Assembly (NCBI GenBank): GCA_949294785.1
Contig: CASFIQ010000016.1
Location: forward strand, 8,770 to 72,769
Reading direction: 5' to 3'
DNA: 64,000 nucleotides
From: an uncultured Collinsella sp.
GTDB taxonomy: Bacteria; Actinomycetota; Coriobacteriia; Coriobacteriales; Coriobacteriaceae
Shown in pieces: positions 41,720-49,726 of this stretch. The position numbers were made by a program, and so were the translations under genes. Position 1 is the stretch's first letter, and each line of letters begins with the position of its first letter. The notes below the pieces were generated by a model. The model had not been told where the DNA came from, made no database searches, and worked only from the letters and a program-made list of their open reading frames with translations.

Positions 41720-42910
41720 TCACCAATCCGTCGGGGTATCCGCAGCCGTCAAGGAGTTCTGCTCGTAGAAGGTCGAGAGCTGGGGCTCGATCTGATGGAA
41801 GGCGTCGAGGAGCCGCGGTCCGAAGGTCCCGCATGCGCCCTCGTCGATCATACGGCAGGCCTCCTCGCGCGGGATGGCGCTTTTGTAGACCCGCTTGCAG
41901 CGCAGCGCGTCGTAGACGTCGGCGATCGATACCACCTGGGCCCATCTCGTCTGCTCGTCGCCGATGAGGCCGTCGGGATAGCCGCGTCCATCCCAGCGCT
42001 CGTGATGATGGCGCGCGATATCGACGGCGAAATCGAAGGCGCGGTTCTTATGCATCTGGGGAATGTTCTCAAGCATCTCGGCGCCGATGACCGTATGGCT
42101 CTTCATGATCTGGAACTCCTCGTCGGTGAGGCGCCCGGGCTTGCCGAGGATCGCGTCCGGGATGCCGATCTTGCCCACATCGTGCATGATCGATGCAAGG
42201 GCGATGCTCGTGACCTCCTCGTCGCTCAGGCCGTCTCCCATCTCGGTCTGGGTGAGAAAAGCTCGGGTGATGTCGTGTATGCGCCGCACGTGCCCGCCGG
42301 ATTCGGAGTCGCGGAATTCGATCGCGGCGGCGAGGGTCTCGATCATGCCGCGGTTGAGCTCGAGGATTTCTCCCGCACGCCGAACGAGCTCGGCCTGCTG
42401 CTCCATCACGACGGAGCTCAGGCGACGGCGCGCCGCGAAGAGCTCGATCACCGAGCGGACGCGTCGCGTGACGACGAAGGGGACCACCGGTTTCTCGATC
42501 ACGTCCATGACACCGAGCTCGTAGGCGCGCCTCATGACCTCGGGCGAGGCCTCGGCGCTGATGAGGAAGACGGGGATGCGGCGCGGTAGACCCTTCGCAT
42601 CCAGGCGTTCCAGCAGGGCGAGCCCGTCCATCGGTTCCATGCGATAGTCCAGAAGCACGGCGCAGAAGCGCCCCGGATCGGCGCGGATGAGATCGAGCGC
42701 CGCCGAGCCGTCGGAGGCCTCCTGTATCGTGTATTCGTCTCGGAAAAGGTTCCCCAGCACGGCTCGGTTGATCAGGTCGTCATCCACGATGAGGAGCGTG
42801 GTGGGGTCCCCGTATTTCAGGGCGAGCGGCAAAAACGGGTCGGTTTCGGCCGGGGCGTCCGCACGCGAACCGACGAGGTCGAGGAGGTACTCATCGATGG
42901 TCCTATCCAC
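41720..42910 (-). CDS. Response regulator with HD-GYP cyclic-di-GMP phosphodiesterase domain (RpfG-like)
   Basis: REC: LIVDDD, LLDYRMEPMDG, EKP. HD-GYP: ESGGHVRR, HDVGKIGIPD, HHERWDGRGYPDGL, IADVYDAL. Confidence 0.94.
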   Translation of the reverse strand: MDRTIDEYLLDLVGSRADAPAETDPFLPLALKYGDPTTLLIVDDDLINRAVLGNLFRDEYTIQEASDGSAALDLIRADPGRFCAVLLDYRMEPMDGLALLERLDAKGLPRRIPVFLISAEASPEVMRRAYELGVMDVIEKPVVPFVVTRRVRSVIELFAARRRLSSVVMEQQAELVRRAGEILELNRGMIETLAAAIEFRDSESGGHVRRIHDITRAFLTQTEMGDGLSDEEVTSIALASIMHDVGKIGIPDAILGKPGRLTDEEFQIMKSHTVIGAEMLENIPQMHKNRAFDFAVDIARHHHERWDGRGYPDGLIGDEQTRWAQVVSIADVYDALRCKRVYKSAIPREEACRMIDEGACGTFGPRLLDAFHQIEPQLSTFYEQNSLTAADTPTDW

Positions 42911-44099
42911 GGCGGTCCTCCTTCGAAGCCGATGCGAGCTCTGCGTCGTTCGGCGTCAGGCGCGGGTTGAACGGGGTCCCCTGCGCGAGCTGCGCCGCGC
43001 ACTGGTCGTAGCGATGGATCACACATCGCGCCTTGCCGGAGCGCTTTGCCTGGTAAAGCGCCTCATCTGCCTGGCGCGTCATCTCGTTGAAGTCGACGCG
43101 CTCCCGTTGCGCGTACACGATGCCGCAGCTCACCGTCAGCGCGATGCCCGTGAGCGAATACGTCTGCGCCGTGAAGCGCGATCTGATCGAGGCGAAGCGG
43201 TCCTCGAGGATCGCCGTATCCGCAAGCTTGTCGATGACGATGAGGAACTCATCTCCGCCGAAACGGCATACGATGTCGTTCGAACGGAAGAAGCCGCTCA
43301 GAATGGAGCCCATGGCGGCGAGCACCTCATCGCCCGCCGCATGGCCGCGCGTGTCGTTCAGCGTCTTGAAGTCATCGATATCGATGAAGGCGAGCGAGCA
43401 GGTGACCTTGGGGTTCACATCGGCGAAATAGCGGTTCGCCAGCTCGAGGAACCCGCGCTTGTTGTAGAGGTTGGAGAGCGTGTCGCGCATGCTTAAGAGC
43501 TCGAACTTGGTTTTGAGGTCGTGCGTGGCGAGACGCGAGCGCGAGATGAGCTGCGATACGCAGATGGAGAAGCACAGCCCCGTCACCATCTCGAATATGT
43601 CGTACTGCGCGATGAAGGGCCCCTTCGTCATGAGAACCAGGACGACGTAGGCCGTTTCGGTTATGAGGAGCAGCCCGTAGGAGATAAGACCGGGCAAGAT
43701 GAAGAGCGCCGGCAGCGCAACGCAGATGAGCTGCGTGAAGCTCGATGGCGCGCCGGGGTCTCCCAGGGTGTCGAGCGAGACGCCCATCGTGTACAGCAGG
43801 ATCTCGAACGCGATGCAGACCGCGGGAACCTGCTCGAGCGGGATGTGGTCCAATTTGAACCAGGAGAACAGGAAGAAGGCGCCCAGGAGCGGAACGAATG
43901 CGAGGTGGATGGGGCTCGGCATCCAATCGCGGATCAGCACGCGCGCCACGATCATAAGGGCGGCGAGCAGGACGATCGAAGCGGTCGAGGCGAGTTTCAG
44001 AAACTGGATGTTCGAGAGCGCGATTTCGTGACCGCTGTCGGCATGGTAGCTCTTCAGGCGTTGCATGTGGGTGCGAAACCGTCCGACCAGGTTTCTCAA
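42903..44099 (-). CDS. Membrane-bound diguanylate cyclase
   Basis: About 6 N-terminal TM segments, DTLSNLYNKR, DIDDFK, GHAAGD, I-site RSND, intact GGDEF; TTG 44099 after GAGGTG (alternatives 44141, 44066). Confidence 0.92.
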   Translation of the reverse strand: MRNLVGRFRTHMQRLKSYHADSGHEIALSNIQFLKLASTASIVLLAALMIVARVLIRDWMPSPIHLAFVPLLGAFFLFSWFKLDHIPLEQVPAVCIAFEILLYTMGVSLDTLGDPGAPSSFTQLICVALPALFILPGLISYGLLLITETAYVVLVLMTKGPFIAQYDIFEMVTGLCFSICVSQLISRSRLATHDLKTKFELLSMRDTLSNLYNKRGFLELANRYFADVNPKVTCSLAFIDIDDFKTLNDTRGHAAGDEVLAAMGSILSGFFRSNDIVCRFGGDEFLIVIDKLADTAILEDRFASIRSRFTAQTYSLTGIALTVSCGIVYAQRERVDFNEMTRQADEALYQAKRSGKARCVIHRYDQCAAQLAQGTPFNPRLTPNDAELASASKEDRRG

Positions 44100-44213
44100 G
44101 CGCGTCTCACCTCGATTCCGGAAACAGTACCCGCCCCTCAAGAATATCTTGAATGGGCGACGGTTTCAAAGCCCATCGCCCCTATCCGTTGTCAATCTCG
44201 ACGCATATGCCCA

Positions 44214-46904
44214 TCAATTCGAACGGTCGGCCCGCATGGCGGCGCCAAGTGCCCGGGAGAGCGCCGCGACATCGATGGGCTTGGTCACCAGACCGTCCAT
44301 CCCCGCTCGTCGCGCGCGGTCCTGATCGTCCTCGAACGCGCTCGCGGTGAGGGCGATGATCGGGATGAGCGATGCGTCGGCGCGTTCAAGGGCCCGGATG
44401 CGGCGCGTTGCCTCGCAACCGTCCATGACAGGCATCTGCATGTCCATGAGGATCGCGTCGAAGGTGCCGGGTTCGGTCGCGCTGAAGCACTCGAGCGCCT
44501 CCTTGCCGTCCGGTACCACCTCGACCTCGATGCCCAGGGAGCCGAGCAGCGCCCGGTCAATGATCGCGTTCGTCTCGTTGTCCTCGGCGACGAGGACGCG
44601 GCGTCCTGCAAGATCGGCCGACGGCTGGGCTTGGGGAGCGTCCGCACCACCGGGTTCTCGCCGGCTCCCGTTCGGCTCGATCGCCTGCCCCGTTTCGAGA
44701 GGAGAACCGCTCCCGTTCCGTGATGCGGAAGCGGGGTCTTCCGTGCCGCCGCGCGCGGTGTCCGTCGCGTCCGCGCCATCTTCCGAGGCCATCTTGAAGG
44801 GGATGTCCAAGGTGAAGACCGTGCCCTCGCCCAGTTTGCTCTCCACCGAGATCTCACCGTCCATCTGCTGCACCAGGCTTCTCACGATGGGCATGCCCAG
44901 TCCCGATCCCGTGACGCCGCGGGGGGCGAAGACCTTCTCGCGCTCGAACGGGTCGAAGATGCGGGGGAGGAACTCCTCCGACATGCCGATGCCGTCGTCG
45001 GCGACCACAAGGCGGCACAGGATGCTGCCGTCCCGCTCGCGCCGGTCCTCGATCAGCTCGAGCTTCACGTCGACATGGGTTCCGGGATGGCTGTACTTGA
45101 GCGCGTTCGACACCAGGTTGTTCAGGACCTGGCGGATGCGGCGCTTGTCCGCCATGACCTTGCCGGGCAGCTCGTCGACGTGCACCTCCAGCTGCTTATC
45201 CTGTCGCTCGGCGCTCTCGGTGAAGGCGACGCTCGCGCGTGCCACGCAACGGGCAAGATCGAGCGGCGCCGGCTTGATCACGCCCTTGTTCAGCTGTTCC
45301 GCCTGCGCGAGCTCCAAGATATCCTCGACGAGCGCCTGAAGCTGCTCGCCGGCGTCTTCCACCAGATCGAGATAGTGTGCTACCTGTCGGGAATCGTCGC
45401 TTTCCTTGGCGAGGCGGGTCATGCCGACCACGGCGTTCAGCGGCGTGCGCATGTCGTGGCTGATGTTTCCCAGAAGCTCCGTGCGCCGGCGCGCCGCCTT
45501 CTCGGCGGTCTCAAGCGACGTGCGCAACAGGTCGATGCGCTGGCGCGACTCGCGGGTCTCGTCGTCGACGAGTCTGAAGGACAGGACCACCTCGTTATCG
45601 ACAAGCACGGGGCTCGTGATCACGCGGACGCTCACCCAGCGCGTCTCGGTGCCGAAGCGCCGTTTGAACTCGCCACCGAACTCCTCGACATGGTCGTCGA
45701 TCAGCCGGCGGATGTGCTCGGGCGAGAAGCTCTCGCGGAACCGCTCCCAGGTATCGGGCTCCACCACGGCCTTCATCACATCGAGGAAGTGCTCGTAGGT
45801 GCCCGATCTCCCCACATCGTCCGCGACGTCGGCGAGCGCCTTGATGGTGGTGTAGCGACCCGTGTCGACGTTGATACGGTAGATCGCGAAGAACGTATCG
45901 CCCAAGATCATGAGCGTGTCGTTGACCTCCTTGATGCGGCGCGTTCGGATGTAGTTGACGATGGCCCCCAGAAGCAGGATGGCGAAGACGGTGATGGAGA
46001 CGCCGAAGAACGTGACGAGCTCGCCGTCGGTCACGTTCGTGAGCACGCTCTTCACGGGCACGGTCACCACCGAGAGCCAGCCGTTGTCGAACTCCAGATG
46101 GTAGGCGAAGCGTTTGCCGCCCGAGGCGTCGGCGATGACGGTCTGGTCCTGGCTGGTGTCGGCGAGGACTTCGGCGCGGAGCTCGGTTAGGTAGCCCTGC
46201 GCATCCGATGTGGTGACATCGAGGCGCGTGGAGGCGCTGAGCAGGTTTCCGGCGCTGTCGAAGAGGTAGTAGGAAAAGTCGTACTCGTTATCCGGGTCCA
46301 TCGCGGTCCCGAGCCGTGCGAGATCGACGTCGACGTCGAAGACGTCATCGGTGTTTCCGATCGTCTGCGCGAAGGTGATGACGGGTCGCTGGGTCGTGGC
46401 GTCCAGGTAGGCGTCTGTCGCGATGAGCGTCCCCGGGGAAGCGACCGCCTCTTGGTACCAGGACGTGCTCGCAAAATCGTAAGAATCGCGGACGCCCACC
46501 CTTCCCGATCGGTAGACCGCGCCGTCGATGAGGGCGTACGGGGCGATCTCGGTCCCCTCGAGTGTCTCGCTTGCGTTCGAACCGAAGTTCTGGATCCAGT
46601 TGGCGATGCGCTGAGGATCGGTGCGGGTCACGATGAGATTTTCCACCGACGACGCACCGTAGCTGCAATAGAGCTCGTAGCCGGAAAGACGCGACTGCTC
46701 CTCAGCGGCATAGCTGCGCGCGAGCTGCGTGGCGAACGAGGCCGCGTTGCGCGAGATCGTCGTTCTGACCAGCACGATCGCCGCGGTCGCGCCGAGCACG
46801 AAGACGATGGCGGCGGCGAGCACGATCGTGCGCGTCCTGAGGGGCCGGCGCACCCGGGACGGCGCCGGCGCGGGTCGGTTGATGCGGAATCCCTTCATGT
46901 CCAC
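44214..46904 (-). CDS. Hybrid sensor histidine kinase (TM-dCache-TM-PAS-HisKA-HATPase-REC)
   Basis: H-box NISHDMRTPLN, N-box NNLVSNALKYS, DDGIGM, GSGLG, REC AEDN...ILMDMQMPVMDG...TKP. Confidence 0.94.
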   Translation of the reverse strand: MDMKGFRINRPAPAPSRVRRPLRTRTIVLAAAIVFVLGATAAIVLVRTTISRNAASFATQLARSYAAEEQSRLSGYELYCSYGASSVENLIVTRTDPQRIANWIQNFGSNASETLEGTEIAPYALIDGAVYRSGRVGVRDSYDFASTSWYQEAVASPGTLIATDAYLDATTQRPVITFAQTIGNTDDVFDVDVDLARLGTAMDPDNEYDFSYYLFDSAGNLLSASTRLDVTTSDAQGYLTELRAEVLADTSQDQTVIADASGGKRFAYHLEFDNGWLSVVTVPVKSVLTNVTDGELVTFFGVSITVFAILLLGAIVNYIRTRRIKEVNDTLMILGDTFFAIYRINVDTGRYTTIKALADVADDVGRSGTYEHFLDVMKAVVEPDTWERFRESFSPEHIRRLIDDHVEEFGGEFKRRFGTETRWVSVRVITSPVLVDNEVVLSFRLVDDETRESRQRIDLLRTSLETAEKAARRRTELLGNISHDMRTPLNAVVGMTRLAKESDDSRQVAHYLDLVEDAGEQLQALVEDILELAQAEQLNKGVIKPAPLDLARCVARASVAFTESAERQDKQLEVHVDELPGKVMADKRRIRQVLNNLVSNALKYSHPGTHVDVKLELIEDRRERDGSILCRLVVADDGIGMSEEFLPRIFDPFEREKVFAPRGVTGSGLGMPIVRSLVQQMDGEISVESKLGEGTVFTLDIPFKMASEDGADATDTARGGTEDPASASRNGSGSPLETGQAIEPNGSRREPGGADAPQAQPSADLAGRRVLVAEDNETNAIIDRALLGSLGIEVEVVPDGKEALECFSATEPGTFDAILMDMQMPVMDGCEATRRIRALERADASLIPIIALTASAFEDDQDRARRAGMDGLVTKPIDVAALSRALGAAMRADRSN

Positions 46905-47060
46905 CTCATCTCGATGGAAAGAGCGACTCCATTAGGTTAGCAAAAGTGAGGGGGGACCCACGTTGCAGGGAGCCGTCCGCACGTTCGCGAATACCGTTTG
47001 CGGAACAGCTCGCCCTGCATGATCCGCGAGGGCAAAAAGGAGGAGGGGAGGGTATAGAAT

Positions 47061-49610
47061 ATGGAACTTAAGGAGGTATCTCTCATGACCAAGATTTCGC
47101 ATCATACGGCAGACCGCCCGGCGCGTTTTGTGGTGGGCGTGGGCGCTTCGGCAGGCGGCGTGGAGGCCCTTCAGGAGCTCTTCCAGTATCTGCCGTCGAA
47201 TACAGGCATGGGATTCGTGGTGATCCAGCACCTGAGCCCCGATCATCGCAGCCTTATGGCGGACCTCCTGGGTAAGCAGACCGAGATGCGCGTGATGCAG
47301 GTCGACCAGGATGTCGAGATCGAGCCCAACACGGTCTATCTCATCCCGCCCAAGAAGAACCTCTCGATCGCGGGCGGTCGGCTCCGCCTCTCAGATTACG
47401 ACCACGCGGTCCTCAACCACCCGATCGACATCTTCTTCACCTCGCTCGCCGACGAGTACGGTGAGCGCTCCGTCGCGGTGGTCCTTTCGGGCACCGGCAC
47501 GGATGGTACTGCGGGCATTCGCGCGGTGAAGGAGGCGGGCGGCCTCGCGATCGTGCAGAAGCCCGAGAGCGCCAAGTTCGACGGCATGCCCCGCAGCGCC
47601 ATCTCCACCGGGCTCGTGGATTGGGTGCTCGACCCGCACCATATCGCCGACGAGATCGTGAACTTCGGTCGCTACCATATGGACCTCATGCCCGAGGACG
47701 GTGGCGACATGTTCCGCGACGATGAGAGCCTCTCGCGCATCTACAGCATCCTGAAGCAGCAGAACGGCATCGATTTCACCTATTACAAGCGCTCGACCAT
47801 CCTGAGGCGCATCGAGCGCAGGATCATGGTCACCCACTCGAGCTCCCTTGCCGAGTATGCGCAGAAGCTCGACGGCAACGCCGAGGAGGTGGGCACCCTC
47901 ACCAAGGAGATCTTGATCGGCGTGACGAGCTTCTTCCGCGATGCGCCGTTCTTCGAGACCCTGAAATCGAAGGTCATCACCGCACTCGTGCGCAACGCGA
48001 GCGAGAACGAGCCGATCCGCGTCTGGAGCGCGGGATGCTCCACCGGCGAGGAGGCCTACTCGGTCGCGATCCTCTTCAAGGAGGTCATGGCTGAGCTCAA
48101 CGTCAAGCGCGATGTGAAGATCTTCGCCACCGATATCGACGTGCGCGCCATCGAGAAGGCGGGCAAGGGGATCTTTCCGGAGAGCATCTCGGAGGACGTC
48201 TCGACCGAGCGGCTCGCCCGCTACTTCATCAAGCGCGACGACACGTACCATATCTCGAAAGACGTTCGCCAGATGGTGATCTTCGCGCCGCACAACATGC
48301 TCTCGGACCCGCCGTTCGGCAAACTCGACCTCATCTGCTGCCGCAACGTCATGATCTACTTCCAGCCGGTCCTGCAGCGGAGCCTGTTCGCGATCTTCCA
48401 TTCGGCGCTCAAGAACGGCGGGTACCTGTTCTTGGGCAAGAGCGAGACGGCCAACGAGTTTCCCAACGTCTTCCAGCCGGCATGCCCCACGGAGAAGATC
48501 TACCTGCACAACGGTACCGGCAAGATGGACTCGCCCGCGCCCACCTCATTCAACATCCCAACGGTCCAGGGCGTGCCCGCCAAGCGCGTGCAGCGCGAGC
48601 TCAAGCGCAACGACGAGTACGGCATCGAGAACATCTACACGCGCTTTCTGGAGCGTTTCCTTCCCGCTTCGGTGGTGGTCAACGCCAACAACGACGTGGT
48701 CCACTTCTTCGGTGATTACCTGGATTACGTCTCGATTGCTCCGGGCAAGGCGTCGTTCAACCTGTTCACCATCATCACCCGCGACCTCTCGCTCGCCGCG
48801 TCCACGGCGCTCTCGAGGGCGCGCGCCGAGGGCAGGGCGGTCACCTACACCGATATCGTGGTGGACACGCCGTCCGGGCGCAAGGTGATCGACCTGGTGG
48901 CGCAACCCATTCCCATGCCCGCGAACCTTGAGGCGGACCTGGTGGCGATACTCTTCGTCGAGAACCGCAAGGACGACTACGACGGTACGGTCGAGAAGTT
49001 CAACATCGATGACACCACGGCGCGACGCATCTCCGACCTGGAGGGCGAGCTCCGCGACTCGCAGAGCGACCTGCAATCGACCATCGGCGAGCTGGAGACG
49101 GTGAACGAGGAACTGCAGGCCGCGAACGAGGAGCTCCTGACCGCCAACGAGGAGCTTCAGAGCTCGAACGAGGAGCTGCAATCCGTCAACGAGGAGCTCT
49201 ACACGGTCAACACCGAGTACCAGCAGAAGGTCGACGAGCTCACGATGACCACGAACGACCTGTCGAACTTCCTGTCCTCCACGATGATCGGAATCCTGTT
49301 CATCGATGAGAACTTCAACAGCCGCAAGTTCACCGAGTACGTGGGCCGCGAGTTCAACCTTATGGAGCACGACGTGGGCCGTCCTATCCAGATCTTCGCG
49401 CACAGCTTCCCCGACGAGGACATCGTCGCGGACGCCCAGCGCGTGCTGAAGACGCTCGCGCCCATCGACCGCGAGATCCGCTCGCTCTCCGGCAGCTGCT
49501 ACACGCTGCGCATCGCGCCCTACCGCACGACGGAGAACAGCATCAAGGGTCTTGTCATCACCATCATCGACAGCCTGGGGCTGCCGCCGCGCCAGCATGA
49601 GGCGGAATAG
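47061..49610 (+). CDS. CheB methylesterase-CheR methyltransferase fusion with PAS domains and NEEL coiled coil
   Basis: CheB: GASAGG, QHL, SGTGTDG. CheR: TSFFRD, WSAGCSTGEEAYS, TDID, CRNVMIYF. Heptad NEEL repeats; C-terminal PAS-like domain. Confidence 0.93.
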   Translation: MELKEVSLMTKISHHTADRPARFVVGVGASAGGVEALQELFQYLPSNTGMGFVVIQHLSPDHRSLMADLLGKQTEMRVMQVDQDVEIEPNTVYLIPPKKNLSIAGGRLRLSDYDHAVLNHPIDIFFTSLADEYGERSVAVVLSGTGTDGTAGIRAVKEAGGLAIVQKPESAKFDGMPRSAISTGLVDWVLDPHHIADEIVNFGRYHMDLMPEDGGDMFRDDESLSRIYSILKQQNGIDFTYYKRSTILRRIERRIMVTHSSSLAEYAQKLDGNAEEVGTLTKEILIGVTSFFRDAPFFETLKSKVITALVRNASENEPIRVWSAGCSTGEEAYSVAILFKEVMAELNVKRDVKIFATDIDVRAIEKAGKGIFPESISEDVSTERLARYFIKRDDTYHISKDVRQMVIFAPHNMLSDPPFGKLDLICCRNVMIYFQPVLQRSLFAIFHSALKNGGYLFLGKSETANEFPNVFQPACPTEKIYLHNGTGKMDSPAPTSFNIPTVQGVPAKRVQRELKRNDEYGIENIYTRFLERFLPASVVVNANNDVVHFFGDYLDYVSIAPGKASFNLFTIITRDLSLAASTALSRARAEGRAVTYTDIVVDTPSGRKVIDLVAQPIPMPANLEADLVAILFVENRKDDYDGTVEKFNIDDTTARRISDLEGELRDSQSDLQSTIGELETVNEELQAANEELLTANEELQSSNEELQSVNEELYTVNTEYQQKVDELTMTTNDLSNFLSSTMIGILFIDENFNSRKFTEYVGREFNLMEHDVGRPIQIFAHSFPDEDIVADAQRVLKTLAPIDREIRSLSGSCYTLRIAPYRTTENSIKGLVITIIDSLGLPPRQHEAE

Positions 49611-49680
49611 GGTGCGCCCGCCGGCTCCGGTTCCCGTGGATATCGGGGATTGAGGTAAGAAGGGCAAGCGAGATACTCGG

Positions 49681-49721
49681 AAGAAGACGGCGCCGCACCG
49701 CGAACATGATGCGGCGCCGTC
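49681..49721 (-). terminator. Terminator between convergent cheBR and EAL genes
   Basis: GACGGCGCCGCA-N12-TGCGGCGCCGTC perfect 12-bp stem followed by TTCTT on minus strand. Confidence 0.75.
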
Positions 49722-49726
49722 GCCGG

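Noticed and set aside
46905-47060. c-di-GMP-I/II riboswitch in island intergenic regions (also 53051-53400)
   Set aside because: Consensus elements not recognisable by eye; an Infernal scan would be needed to exclude them fully
49104-49198. Regularly spaced 11-nt repeats resembling a mini-CRISPR or tandem array
   Set aside because: The 21-nt period is in frame within cheBR and encodes heptads; spacers are only 10 nt; no cas genes in the window
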